From a virus (taxonomy: Duplodnaviria; Caudoviricetes), in the IMG/VR virus record IMGVR_UViG_3300034132_000016, positions 1 to 49,015 of that record: a stretch of 49,015 nucleotides of DNA; one strand, written 5' to 3'. Position 1 is the stretch's first letter. Every line of letters begins with the position of its first letter. This document shows positions 1 to 10,030 of this stretch, piece by piece. The translations under genes and the position numbers were made by a program. The notes under the pieces were generated by a model. That model searched no databases. It had not been told where the DNA came from and saw only the letters and a program-made list of their open reading frames with translations.

Positions 1-55
1 AATTTCTGCTCTTGAGTGAATTATTTTAACAGGTAAAGTCAGTGGACCTGATCCC

Positions 56-586
56 TTAATTCCTTTGCGGTCTTTCTGAAGGTTGCTGTTGCGGGTTGGC
101 TCTTGTCCACTGCACTCGACCTTCGTTAGTTGAGGGTCTAGCAAGTGAAATCAAACCTGCCTCTTTGAACAAATTAAACGTCTGAAGTGCCTCATCCACA
201 CTCACGCCATCGATGTTGTAGGTTTTGCTACCAGTCTTTAGACTGATGCACCATTGCCCTTGAAGATTGTTCTGTCTAACAACTTGCTCAATCTTTGCTT
301 CGCGATCGTTGCCATTTTTAGCATCGGGAACATTGCCTTCAATCAAGACCCCTGTACCCTTCTCTTTTGGATGTGGGCACTGAGGAAAGTCTTCCTGCGC
401 CATGGTTGTAGTCTCAGCAACAGGAGAGTATTCAACCGCTTGATCGGTTGCTACCGCTTGATCGGTTGCTGTTGCTACCATGCCAACTCCAACCTTTCCT
501 GACAGAACCGCTACCGTTCCTGCTAGAAAAATTAAGCTTCCAATTCTAACAATGCTCATAACAACTAATTCTTGTGAGTATTTCAA
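56..586 (-). CDS. hypothetical secreted/membrane-anchored protein
   Basis: 176-aa ORF with N-terminal hydrophobic segment and ATDQAV tandem repeat. Confidence 0.6.
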   Translation of the reverse strand: MKYSQELVVMSIVRIGSLIFLAGTVAVLSGKVGVGMVATATDQAVATDQAVEYSPVAETTTMAQEDFPQCPHPKEKGTGVLIEGNVPDAKNGNDREAKIEQVVRQNNLQGQWCISLKTGSKTYNIDGVSVDEALQTFNLFKEAGLISLARPSTNEGRVQWTRANPQQQPSERPQRN

Positions 587-622
587 TCACTCTAACATTT
601 GCAGAAGAGTAGAGAAGCAGTC

Positions 623-668
623 AAAAAGAAAAAATAGAGAGCATTCCCTTAGTTTAGGGATACTCTCT
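623..668 (-). terminator. probable intrinsic terminator downstream of 696..998
   Basis: AGAGAG..TCCCT / AGGGA..CTCTCT hairpin with adjacent A-run (U-run on minus strand). Confidence 0.55.
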
Positions 669-695
669 GCTCAAGCTTAAGAAGGGTGAAGTTGC

Positions 696-998
696 CTAAA
701 ACTGATGAAACGGCATTCCGTAAGCATCTTGATAGGGTTCTGCTGCCACGACCGGAATCTTTACGGTAGAAAAATCGGTTTCCTTCTTTGAGGCTTCCTG
801 CTGTGCTTCAACCTTTGGCTCTTGCAGAACGGTGATGTCTAGCTTCACCTCCACCAAGTAGGTTCCTGGTGTCCTCAGAATGTCTGCCAGCATCTCTTTA
901 AGCTCAACTTCTTGCTGAGTTACAGCATCAACGGCTGTCAGTCTCTCCCAACTGTGATCAGAGTCGGGGTTGTTCGTGAATACGACAAATGTAGACAT
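696..998 (-). CDS. hypothetical protein
   Basis: 100-aa ORF with GGAG RBS upstream and terminator downstream. Confidence 0.65.
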   Translation of the reverse strand: MSTFVVFTNNPDSDHSWERLTAVDAVTQQEVELKEMLADILRTPGTYLVEVKLDITVLQEPKVEAQQEASKKETDFSTVKIPVVAAEPYQDAYGMPFHQF

Positions 999-1397
999 AG
1001 CTTGCTCTCCTATTTAATAGAACTTTGACTTTTGCCCTGATCTCTTGTTGTCCAAACTGGGGACATCTGTTTCCATCTGCGTTCACCTGGGAAAGTCGTT
1101 TGGGTACACTTCTCCCCATCTGACTTCGTTCGACTACCTTCCTTAGTGAACCTGCTTATGAGTTATTTAATCACAATCCTTGATTGAAAGCGGTAGCAGA
1201 TGAACAGTTGAACCTACTTCAAAGAACTACCCTTGAAATTCAAACGTAGCAATTAAGACGTACCTCTACTTACAAAAATGTTTTTTGTAAACATTTTGAT
1301 TTGTATCTTGATGAACATTTTGACCAGAATAAATAGCGATCTTCTTTCTGAACGAAGGTGATTTTACAGAAATAGCCACTTTCAGTCCTTAAAATCT

Positions 1398-1620
1398 ACT
1401 AACCTGTTACTAACCTGTTACTAACCCTTAACCAACCTGTTACTTGTTTATAAGTAACGGGTGTGTAACAGGTAGCGTGTACTGAGTTCTAAATAAACAT
1501 ATTTAGCTAAGTACACCTGTTACTAACCTGTTACTAACCTGTTACCAGACCGCCATTTTAAGTGAGTCTGTGTTATTCTGTTTTTAATGAGTAGAGTGTT
1601 CATCAAAAGTAGTAACGGGG
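1398..1620. repeat. array of ACCTGTTAC repeats (11-bp period, CTAACCTGTTA), iteron/operator/centromere-like
   Basis: Direct copies at 1402, 1413, 1435, 1515, 1526, 1537; inverted copies at 1465 (exact) and 1454, 1612 (variant). Confidence 0.85.
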
Positions 1621-1624
1621 TGAG

Positions 1625-1939
1625 GTGAATAGTCCACATTTTTTTGAAACATTATTGATGCTTGCACCTAAGTCCTGGAAAGAAGTTGCAAAGCTGCTGG
1701 GGGTTTCACGGCAGTCTATTTGGAGGGATCGAATTGCCCTTAATCTGTCTGAAAAACCCCCAATTGGGACGGCTCTAGTCTGGGTTTATCTGATCCGTCG
1801 ATGGTGTGCGCTTGGTACAGGTGGAAGGGAGTTTAGTCGAGACAGGTTTCTTGAGTATTTACTTGATGGAACGCTTGAACATAAATTGAAAAATTACGGA
1901 GTATTGAACGATGGTGGAAGGATTCCAGAAGAAGGTTGA
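1625..1939 (+). CDS. HTH DNA-binding protein
   Basis: SWKEVAKLLGVSRQSIWR helix-turn-helix motif. Confidence 0.7.
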   Translation: MNSPHFFETLLMLAPKSWKEVAKLLGVSRQSIWRDRIALNLSEKPPIGTALVWVYLIRRWCALGTGGREFSRDRFLEYLLDGTLEHKLKNYGVLNDGGRIPEEG

Positions 1940-2474
1940 AGTCTCAGTTACAGATGCAAAGCTTATTGCAAAGCATTTGGGAATTGCCGTTAGTGAACGG
2001 GCAAAGATTGAAGATTTTGCTGTTAAGGCTAAGAGTCAAGGTAAATCAATCGAACAATTGGTTGCAGACCTGGAAATCAAGAAAGGGTCTGCTGCTCCAA
2101 AACAGGACATTTCGAGTAATCAAGAAGAAACTGCAATTTCTCTTTTCAATAAGTTCTCCAATGGAAGGCTTCAAGAACTGGTTGAGTTAGCTGGATCAGG
2201 AAAAGCTGGAGTTGAGCAGATAGCGGAACTTGAAAGCGATCTTGTTGTTGCCTTCCACAAAGCAGTTAATACTCGAACAGCAGAACTTATCAGTCAAAAG
2301 CTTCCGAGGCAAAAATCTGCTGATGAAGTAATGGTGGAGGTGCGAACAATGGTAGATTCCTTTCGCAATAACCAGGAATTCCTCCAGCTTCAGGCAATGG
2401 GTCAAAAAGCTCCTGTCAACCATTCCTTCAAATCAGCAACATCTAGCTTTGCCCTTCCTGGCACAGTTGATTAG
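1911..2474 (+). CDS. hypothetical helical protein
   Basis: 187-aa ORF overlapping both neighbours in an operon. Confidence 0.7.
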   Translation: MVEGFQKKVEVSVTDAKLIAKHLGIAVSERAKIEDFAVKAKSQGKSIEQLVADLEIKKGSAAPKQDISSNQEETAISLFNKFSNGRLQELVELAGSGKAGVEQIAELESDLVVAFHKAVNTRTAELISQKLPRQKSADEVMVEVRTMVDSFRNNQEFLQLQAMGQKAPVNHSFKSATSSFALPGTVD

Positions 2475-3174
2475 CGATATTGAACAAGAGATTGAGCGTC
2501 AAGCTCAAGAGCACAACCCTCATCAGTTTCATTACGAACGTCAATCCGATTTGTTTATGAGTTCTCCGGCAACTAAAACCAGCCTCAAGCGAACAACAGT
2601 TCTTCAAGCTTTAGCAGCCGGAGGACTGGCGGGAATTCTAGTGGGAGTTTGTGGTTATGCAGGCGCAGGCGATCGGAGTTTGAATCAAATTTATGTCGGT
2701 GCTGTTGCAGGGTTGACAGCGGCAGGACTGGGACTCCACTTGAGAGAGTATGGGCATTGGGGTAAGTCAAACGTAGAAGTACTTACCCCTCTATCTACTG
2801 ATTCTCCGATTTACTCTTCTGTGAACATCACGCCTTATTCATTCCCTGCTGAGGAAGAGGAACTTGAGTTGGGTCAGCCTGTCTCTTTTTCCGACAACTC
2901 TAAAGGTAGTTCTCCAACTGAAGACTTGTTAACGGTTTTTGATGACTCAAGTTCTAAGGCATCTCCTGAACCTACAGGCAAAATGCCAAACGTGATTCAG
3001 TTCCCGGTAGCCCCAGTTATCCCTGTAACTCCAGTTGTTGAGTCTGAACCTGATTCAAGTCCCAGGACTCCTGAATTTTCAGATCCGTGGGAAGTATCAT
3101 CTGTTTCTTCGGGATCAATAAAGTCACCGATGGAATCAGTCTTTCAAATTGAGTTAACTGACTTCGTTGTTTAA
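2449..3174 (+). CDS. membrane protein with acidic disordered tail
   Basis: Two Gly/Ala-rich hydrophobic segments followed by a Ser/Pro/Glu-rich C-terminus. Confidence 0.65.
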   Translation: MPFLAQLISDIEQEIERQAQEHNPHQFHYERQSDLFMSSPATKTSLKRTTVLQALAAGGLAGILVGVCGYAGAGDRSLNQIYVGAVAGLTAAGLGLHLREYGHWGKSNVEVLTPLSTDSPIYSSVNITPYSFPAEEEELELGQPVSFSDNSKGSSPTEDLLTVFDDSSSKASPEPTGKMPNVIQFPVAPVIPVTPVVESEPDSSPRTPEFSDPWEVSSVSSGSIKSPMESVFQIELTDFVV

Positions 3175-3305
3175 TCAGTCCTAGGCGCTTGCGCCTAAAT
3201 AAGATACCAGCGTCTATCATTTGAAGCTCTTAATAGCCAGGTGATAACCAAGGGTATTAATTGATTTAGTCGGTATTTTATTTAAGGGCTACGCCCCTAC
3301 GTCCC

Positions 3306-4112
3306 ATGAAGCTTCGCCACGAAAAAAGGTACGGACAACAAGAGGACATCCTTGATATGGAGTTTTCAATTGATGAACTCCAACAACTAGGGGCACCTTT
3401 TTCGTTGCGACTGATTCAGAGGATTGCGCCTCCTCCTCAAGCTACTTTTTTGACACCTGAGCAAACAGATTTCATTTTGCCGGGACAGTCCTACATTTCT
3501 CCAGCACAAGTACAGCAGCCCATCATTACACCTCCTTCAATCAATACTCCCTTCAGAGAAGAAGTTAGACAGGGATCTGGCGAAATTCAATTTGATCAAC
3601 GTAACCAGTATGACCAGGGCAATCAGTTTGACCAGAGCAACCAGCTTGACCAGGGCATTCAAGAGGATCAGGGATATATGAGGGGAGTTGCCGCTTTTGA
3701 TGCTCAAGCCTACTCTCAGGCTCCAACAATTCGGCAAGACCAGACTCAATCACAAAGTAAAGGTTCTCAAACTGGGAGTATGAAAGTCAGGCTTCCCCGA
3801 TTTTCTCCGAGAAGTCTACTGACCTGGAAAAATGCAGAGCATGTATTTAATGCAATTCTGGTCATATTTATTATCAGTAAATTAGCGGAAACTCCACAGG
3901 TGCGTGATGCAGCAGCCAGATTTAATCCATTTCGATCTACCGCTACGCAAACAACTCCCTCAAAGTCAAAATCTCCCGGTTCAAACAAGCCAGATCAACA
4001 GTTTGGAAATGGGGATGGAGGTGAAAGGATGGGCAATCCCAATAGCGATAGACAGAGATCCAGGCAACGTCGTCCTCGATCTGGTTCCGGACCTGGAGAG
4101 AGTGCCCTTTAG
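3306..4112 (+). CDS. Gln-rich single-pass membrane protein
   Basis: 18-bp xDQxNQ repeats at ~3591-3674; hydrophobic segment VFNAILVIFII. Confidence 0.65.
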   Translation: MKLRHEKRYGQQEDILDMEFSIDELQQLGAPFSLRLIQRIAPPPQATFLTPEQTDFILPGQSYISPAQVQQPIITPPSINTPFREEVRQGSGEIQFDQRNQYDQGNQFDQSNQLDQGIQEDQGYMRGVAAFDAQAYSQAPTIRQDQTQSQSKGSQTGSMKVRLPRFSPRSLLTWKNAEHVFNAILVIFIISKLAETPQVRDAAARFNPFRSTATQTTPSKSKSPGSNKPDQQFGNGDGGERMGNPNSDRQRSRQRRPRSGSGPGESAL

Positions 4113-4686
4113 CTTTGAAGATCAACCGGATAGTAGTGTAGTGACTGTAGAGGCGACAATCGTGAGCGGAAACGAAATTGATTATCTAAATAGCTTGCTC
4201 GGTCAGACCCAAGGGCAGAGCAACCAGGGCAACCAGCCAAAAGCGCAAAACTTTCAACCTCAATTAGATGAATTCATTGATCCTGAAGAACTGGAACCTT
4301 TAGTTGATAAGCGACCTGCAAAGCCAGAATCGAGAAAAAGTACTGGGACTGGAAGACGGTTTAGCCGGAAAGAAACTTCTTTGCCTGCTACTCCTGTTGC
4401 TCCTGCTGTAAAGTCTTCCTGGTTTAGCAGTTTCTCAATTCCACAGGAATTGATTGAACGCTGGCGGATGTTTTCGACGGCAACAACAGTCACTTTTGGA
4501 ATTTTTGGGATTGCTCGGATATTGCGGATTGGGTTTTTATTCAATCCTCAATTCATTTTCTCATTCTTGATTTTGATGATGGTGTTTGGCTGTTTGCACA
4601 AATCAACAGCGGTAATGCTTCGTATTGGAGTGAGCGGATTAATCGCTTACGGCTTTGTCTATCTGTGTCTGTTTTTTGTGATATGA
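3904..4686 (+). CDS. membrane protein (true start may be the ATG near 4009)
   Basis: About three C-terminal hydrophobic helices; stop overlaps the ATG at 4683 of the FtsK gene. Confidence 0.65.
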   Translation: MMQQPDLIHFDLPLRKQLPQSQNLPVQTSQINSLEMGMEVKGWAIPIAIDRDPGNVVLDLVPDLERVPFSFEDQPDSSVVTVEATIVSGNEIDYLNSLLGQTQGQSNQGNQPKAQNFQPQLDEFIDPEELEPLVDKRPAKPESRKSTGTGRRFSRKETSLPATPVAPAVKSSWFSSFSIPQELIERWRMFSTATTVTFGIFGIARILRIGFLFNPQFIFSFLILMMVFGCLHKSTAVMLRIGVSGLIAYGFVYLCLFFVI

Positions 4687-6407
4687 CGCTGCCAGTGATT
4701 AATGCCAGATTACTTTCTCTTTTTTATATATTTCCTTCCATGCAAGAACGTCAGACGGTTGAAGCCTGGATCAAAAGATTGGGTCAACTGAATCCTCAAG
4801 AATTAATTATTAGTGAGATTGAAAACCTCTCAAGACTTCTGCCTCCGTTAGCAGAACGAAATGGGTTCAGTCCTGAATACATCAAGGAACTTTTACTAAA
4901 ACAAATCATTTTAGCTGTGATCTCTTTGCAGCAACCCCTATCAAAAATCGTTGACTGGGGAACGTTTTATGAAATTTCTTCATCTCGAATCGATGCAATT
5001 TTAAAATCGACTGTTGATGAACTGACTCAAGCAGGCGTAATCGTTGCTGCTGCTTTGACTCCAGAACAAAGCCCTGTCCAGTCCTCTTCGGTGGCTCACT
5101 CGCAAGTACCTCAGTTGCCAGTAGCACAGTCACAAGAAGTTGCAAATGCTTATCTTCATCCTCAGCCGAATCCTGGAATTGAAGTCTACGAGGAGATTCT
5201 GACTAATCCAGATCGAATCGGAGAACGGTTAGAAGAGGCGTTTCAGTACAGGTTGCAAGGAGTCAAGTTTGAATCTTCCTGTGATAGAGGAATGATTCAT
5301 TATCGTCTGCTGTTCCAAAAGCCTGTTTCTATTCAATTCTCACTAATTAAACCCTGCATTCAAGATGTCCTCTCTCACGCGGGATTAGATCCCTCCTTAG
5401 AAGTAACTATTGAATTCAAGGAACGTGATCGGTTTATCCTTCACATTCCTAAACTCCGATCGGAGTGGGAAGAAGCAAAGTTTACACTGCCTCGCAACTG
5501 GACCCCGGCACCGTGGGATCCATTCCAATTGCCTTTTATGGCTGATGTGGAAGGCAAGGGCAGGATGATTGACCTGAGTTCTGGGGCATTAATGATCGGT
5601 GCTCCTAATACAGGGAAATCTAATGCTCTCAGAACAATCATTGCGGGAGCAACTCAGCTATACAGTCCTGCCTCATTGCCAATCCTCCAGATACTTGCAG
5701 CTTTTGACTTGAAGGATGGACTGACATTCTCAAGTCTTTCTGATTGTCCTTGGATGAGGGGGGCTGTCGTGGCATCAGACGATTTCGACCCTCAAGCAAA
5801 GACTAAGGAGGTATTTGGAGATATTTTGGAGCCAGAAATCAAACGGAGAGCTGCACTATTTAAGGAAGCGCATGTAGACAAAATTCAAGACTTCAATCAG
5901 AAACATCCCCAGGATGCTTTGTTCTGGTCGCCTATCTTTATTGACGAGATTATGGACAGAGTGAAAGTCCTCGGAGAAAAGAATGCAGAGAAGCTGGATG
6001 CAGCAATTTTGCGTTGGCGTTGCTATGGGTTCCCGGTAATTGCTACTTCCTGGTATGCGGACCAGAAGATGTCACTACCTCCGGCTATTCGGAGTGCTTT
6101 TGGATCGGCTGCTGTGTTCCGAACTTCAGAGCAAGCTGCGAAAATGGTATTTGATGACTCTACCTGGAGTTCTCAAGCCTCTAAGTTAGTCGGTGGGGGA
6201 GACTGCATCTTGAAGAGTGGGCATGAGTTTATTCGAGGCAGGGTATTCAATACTCCCTCTGACATGTTCTATGCCTTACTCCATCAGAGTGAAGCCGCGA
6301 AACGAGTTAGGAATGTATTGGAGAAAGCATCTGCGCCTGAGTTTGGTTATTTAAGTTACAGCGATAAATCTCAAGCAGAAAAAGTTTTAGAGGAATTAAC
6401 ACGATAG
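4665..6407 (+). CDS. FtsK/SpoIIIE-family ATPase (DNA translocase-like); likely start 4683
   Basis: Walker A GAPNTGKS, FDLK strand, Walker B IFIDE, LxGxGD-type motif near the C-terminus. Confidence 0.8.
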   Translation: MSVFCDMTLPVINARLLSLFYIFPSMQERQTVEAWIKRLGQLNPQELIISEIENLSRLLPPLAERNGFSPEYIKELLLKQIILAVISLQQPLSKIVDWGTFYEISSSRIDAILKSTVDELTQAGVIVAAALTPEQSPVQSSSVAHSQVPQLPVAQSQEVANAYLHPQPNPGIEVYEEILTNPDRIGERLEEAFQYRLQGVKFESSCDRGMIHYRLLFQKPVSIQFSLIKPCIQDVLSHAGLDPSLEVTIEFKERDRFILHIPKLRSEWEEAKFTLPRNWTPAPWDPFQLPFMADVEGKGRMIDLSSGALMIGAPNTGKSNALRTIIAGATQLYSPASLPILQILAAFDLKDGLTFSSLSDCPWMRGAVVASDDFDPQAKTKEVFGDILEPEIKRRAALFKEAHVDKIQDFNQKHPQDALFWSPIFIDEIMDRVKVLGEKNAEKLDAAILRWRCYGFPVIATSWYADQKMSLPPAIRSAFGSAAVFRTSEQAAKMVFDDSTWSSQASKLVGGGDCILKSGHEFIRGRVFNTPSDMFYALLHQSEAAKRVRNVLEKASAPEFGYLSYSDKSQAEKVLEELTR

Positions 6408-6425
6408 AGAAGAGGAATAGAAGTT

Positions 6426-6806
6426 GTGAGTAAAGCCAACATTAAATCTGAGGCTCAAACTAAACCAGGCACCATTCAACCCGGAACAACTGTTACCTGG
6501 GCTGTTGGTGTTACAGGCAAAAAAAGGGAAGGGGTTGTAATTGCCTTTATTCCTGCGGGGGTAGAAGCCCAAAAGGTCTATCCAGCACTTCTCGATTTAT
6601 CTTCAGGTCAATACAAGTTAGGGGAGAACAAATCTGGATTCTCTAAACACGATCGCTATCTGGTGCGGGTGGATCGAAAGACCTACAAGCGAACTGTTGG
6701 AGTTCACAAAACCTCCACGATTTTGATGTACTTACCTTCTCACTGGTATGCCCCGAAAGTTTCTGCTGTAACCGTTGTTGGCAAGGGGAAAATCAATGGA
6801 AATTAA
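6426..6806 (+). CDS. hypothetical phage protein
   Basis: 126-aa ORF with GAGG RBS. Confidence 0.6.
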   Translation: MSKANIKSEAQTKPGTIQPGTTVTWAVGVTGKKREGVVIAFIPAGVEAQKVYPALLDLSSGQYKLGENKSGFSKHDRYLVRVDRKTYKRTVGVHKTSTILMYLPSHWYAPKVSAVTVVGKGKINGN

Positions 6807-6963
6807 AAGTTTGTCTGAGCTAGTTTTTGCTCGTCAAAAGTATGATGCAATCTGCGCTAAGGCTGTAAAGGGGTCTGCAACACAGCAAGATAAAACCAGA
6901 GGCAAAGAGCTTCTAATGGCTATTCAGAAAGCTGAAAGAAACAATCGTAGCTGGCGAAAATAA
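6775..6963 (+). CDS. hypothetical small protein (likely start MEIK at 6796)
   Basis: Coupled ORF within the operon. Confidence 0.5.
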   Translation: MLARGKSMEIKSLSELVFARQKYDAICAKAVKGSATQQDKTRGKELLMAIQKAERNNRSWRK

Positions 6964-7010
6964 TGCGACGTAAGTTACTACTTTTCAGTGCTGCCGCCCC
7001 AAAGGGGTGA
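6963..7010 (+). pseudogene. truncated duplicate of the N-terminus of 7219..7929
   Basis: MRRKLLLFSAAAPKG* versus (M)RRRLLLLSAAALLW. Confidence 0.7.
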
Positions 7011-7218
7011 GTAAAAAAGACAAAGTTTAATTTAGTAATGAGGAAAATATCAAATGGAAATCTAGGAACAGTTCAAAAATCAGCAATCAAAAAAATGGAA
7101 AGAGTGGTTTGAAAAATTAGATAGCTTTGAAAAACTTGTCGTAGAAGAACAATTTTTAGTAAATCAGCTTCGTTAACTGACTGTGCCAGGAAATAACAAT
7201 TAGCAGGAATTTATTTTT

Positions 7219-7929
7219 GTGAGACGTAGACTGCTACTTCTCAGTGCTGCCGCACTGCTCTGGATGGGAGATCAAAAGGTTGGGGTAGTGAATGCCTCTG
7301 TTCACTCTTTACAGCGCAATGCTAAGAACCTGATCAGTGTTCCGGCTGTAGGAGATGTTTTGATTACAGATGAAGTAATCAAGCGGGTTGTGGGAGCAGC
7401 AGAGGGCAATCTAACAGCTTATGGCAAGATTAACCCTAACTATTACGGACATACTGATCCTGGGGATAGTAAGGCAAATAAGGGATGGTGTTCGATGTCT
7501 CCTCAGCGTGAGGGAATTAGCGGCAACATCTCAATCGAAGAAGCAGATCGAATCTGTCTTGAGAAGGAAGCTAAACCGAGAATGCGAAAACTTATAAAGC
7601 AGGCTCAGGACTTGGATTTTGATATAGACTTGCTGCAATTCCTGAATGCAGTAGACCTGGCTATCCAATCCCCAGAAGCTTCTCTTGGCTGGAGTGACGG
7701 ATTAAATAAAGGGTACATCTCTAACCTGCTCGAAATGATGAACAAAGGACTCACAGGTAATGAAGCGATTTTGAGTGGAAGGGTAGAGAGTTTCAAGAAT
7801 AGTAGTACAGGGAGGTATGAAGCATGGGTCGGAAAAGATGGTCTAACACATGACCAGAAACGAAGAATGAATGAAATTGAGGATACGGTCAAAGCCCTGA
7901 GTGAACAGGGTAAATTAGCAAAAAAGTGA
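7219..7929 (+). CDS. exported lysozyme-like protein (putative)
   Basis: Signal-like N-terminus; AEG...YYGHTDPG motif reminiscent of lysozyme-fold proteins. Confidence 0.45.
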   Translation: MRRRLLLLSAAALLWMGDQKVGVVNASVHSLQRNAKNLISVPAVGDVLITDEVIKRVVGAAEGNLTAYGKINPNYYGHTDPGDSKANKGWCSMSPQREGISGNISIEEADRICLEKEAKPRMRKLIKQAQDLDFDIDLLQFLNAVDLAIQSPEASLGWSDGLNKGYISNLLEMMNKGLTGNEAILSGRVESFKNSSTGRYEAWVGKDGLTHDQKRRMNEIEDTVKALSEQGKLAKK

Positions 7930-7938
7930 GACAAGGTA

Positions 7939-8502
7939 ATGAGTATCTTATCAAAACTAGATGCTATATACATTCAGCGACTAGAAAAAAGGTTTTGGGC
8001 AAAAGTTGATAAAACCCCTGGACAGGGACCGCATGGTGATTGTTGGGGTTGGCTTTCTGCTAAAAATAAAGATGGTTATGGACTATTTCAGATAGGTGGA
8101 ACAAAAACTGTTAGGGTCACTCGGTTAGTACTTGAACTTAATCATGTAATGCCTAATGCAGGACAAATAGTGCTGCATTCTTGTGATAATCCAAATTGCT
8201 TGAATCCATCTCATTTGTCGTATGGAACTCACCGGAGAAACATGGCAGAGATGGTTGAACGTGGAAGATCTGCAAAAGGAGATAGGCATTCTTCCAGACT
8301 AATTCCGGGTTCACGAAAAGGCGAGAAAAACGGAAGAAGTCTTTTGACATCATCCCATGTTTCTGAAATTAAAACTCGGTATAAACCAAGAGAAGTTGCA
8401 GCTAAACAGTTAGCTCAAGAATATAAAGTGTCCGTTTCTACTATTAAAGATATTTTGAAAGGAAAGAATTGGTCATGGATAAATATTTCAGAGTTGAAGT
8501 AA
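7939..8502 (+). CDS. HNH homing endonuclease with C-terminal HTH
   Basis: RFWAKVDK..CWGW..GYG, HSCDNPNCLNPSHL..GT..N; overlaps the thyX start. Confidence 0.9.
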   Translation: MSILSKLDAIYIQRLEKRFWAKVDKTPGQGPHGDCWGWLSAKNKDGYGLFQIGGTKTVRVTRLVLELNHVMPNAGQIVLHSCDNPNCLNPSHLSYGTHRRNMAEMVERGRSAKGDRHSSRLIPGSRKGEKNGRSLLTSSHVSEIKTRYKPREVAAKQLAQEYKVSVSTIKDILKGKNWSWINISELK

Positions 8503-9194
8503 TTTCAAAAACTCCTAACCCTCAACAAACTAGCTGGTTGGCAATGCATCAAGATTATGCGGAGGGTTTTGTCGCTGATGGGGAAGTACCATCAGAAAGC
8601 AATGCAGGAGAATATATTGTCAAGCATTGTTTAGCGGGAAACAGAGGACATTTCGGCATTCTTGAGCATTCCCAGATCATCCTTAACTGCGGCTGGTTTC
8701 CTCACAGTACTATGCAGCAATTAAGAACTCATAGGGTAGGAATTAGTTTTGACGTGCAGAGCGGTCGTTATACTTCGCAGCGAATTCTTGATGTTGTAGA
8801 AGAAAAAAGAAGCGTGGAAGAAGTATTCTACTTTCGCCCTGTGGGTAACTATACCGATCGCTCCGGCAAGAAGTATGAGTATACCGAGGATGACAGGAGA
8901 GCTGATTTGAACTGGTGCTATCTTGCTTGTCAATGCTACCAAGCAAGAATTGAAAAGGGATTTTCAGAAGAACACGCTAGGGATTTAATCCCTTACTCTA
9001 TTCGCCAACACTTTGTAATGTCGGTGAATCTGAGATCGCTCATGCACCTTTTACTAATTAGGGGTAAAAAAGATGCACAGCTTGAGTGTCAGCAATTATG
9101 CAAATTGATTCTTCCTCATTTTCAAGCGTGGGCTCCCAATATTTATGACTGGTTTATTGAGAATCTCTGGCTTAAAGGAAGACTTGCGCCATAA
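8475..9194 (+). CDS. thyX: FAD-dependent thymidylate synthase
   Basis: GHFGILEH, RTHRVGISFDVQSGRY, EHARDLIP, AQLE motifs (cyanobacterial-type ThyX). Confidence 0.93.
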   Translation: MDKYFRVEVISKTPNPQQTSWLAMHQDYAEGFVADGEVPSESNAGEYIVKHCLAGNRGHFGILEHSQIILNCGWFPHSTMQQLRTHRVGISFDVQSGRYTSQRILDVVEEKRSVEEVFYFRPVGNYTDRSGKKYEYTEDDRRADLNWCYLACQCYQARIEKGFSEEHARDLIPYSIRQHFVMSVNLRSLMHLLLIRGKKDAQLECQQLCKLILPHFQAWAPNIYDWFIENLWLKGRLAP

Positions 9195-9215
9195 CTACAC
9201 ATCAAGGTAAATGAA

Positions 9216-9716
9216 ATGTCAAACGAAAAACTAGAAGCAACTATATCTCTCCAGATTGTTGAATCAACCCGGAGATCCATCTTATTCAAAGGTGAACTTG
9301 CCGATGTTTATCTCGCCTGGGTGACAGGTTCAGGCAAACCTCAATGGGTTCTGTGCGTTGACTATGACGTAAATAATGCCGGAGATGACGAGAAAGATTA
9401 TTATTTCCAGCCTCTCGGTTTATTAAATAAAGAAAGTGTTGAACTGGCGATTGAGCGGTTTGAAATCGACTATCAGGAGCTTGAAAAAACCCTCTCAAAG
9501 ATGAAGGTAATCAGAGTACAACTACGGGTCTGGGTTTGGGTAATGGCTATCTTCTTGAATCTGGGAATGACATCACTACTCAATCTCGTTCATGTACCAA
9601 AGTCATTCCTGAGAGATGTTGGAACTGGATTCACGATCGGAATGCTGGCAGTAGCTACAGAAGAATATCTAAACCGGAGAGAGGAGAGAACAAAAAATGA
9701 AAATAAAAAGAGTTAA
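9216..9716 (+). CDS. membrane protein
   Basis: Two C-terminal hydrophobic helices. Confidence 0.6.
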   Translation: MSNEKLEATISLQIVESTRRSILFKGELADVYLAWVTGSGKPQWVLCVDYDVNNAGDDEKDYYFQPLGLLNKESVELAIERFEIDYQELEKTLSKMKVIRVQLRVWVWVMAIFLNLGMTSLLNLVHVPKSFLRDVGTGFTIGMLAVATEEYLNRREERTKNENKKS

Positions 9717-9945
9717 AGAGTTTGTTCAAGCAGCTTTTGATAAGTTGCCTCAGACAAGAAGCGAACTAATGACATTCGCGCTTGCAGGAGGCTGCATCTT
9801 TCTCGTTTCCTATATGGCTCACCTGATGCTGCGGCAAGTCGGTAGCCAATTCGTCTTACCAGAACCTTACAACCTGCTGTTCTTTACTGTTGTGGGCATT
9901 GTCTCTGGGTTCCAGGCAATGTACGAGGAAAGGAGAAGATATTAA
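9697..9945 (+). CDS. small membrane protein
   Basis: Two hydrophobic helices; GGAG RBS. Confidence 0.6.
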   Translation: MKIKRVKEFVQAAFDKLPQTRSELMTFALAGGCIFLVSYMAHLMLRQVGSQFVLPEPYNLLFFTVVGIVSGFQAMYEERRRY

Positions 9946-10030
9946 GACTAAGTTTCGTTTTAAGGAGTAATGCAGTGAAAGGCGAAGCCTTAAATAGAGA
10001 AACTTAAAAATTATTAATAAGGAGGTTGTT

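Noticed and set aside
1398-1545. CRISPR array
   Set aside because: Repeats are 9-11 bp and adjacent, with no unique spacers and no cas genes.
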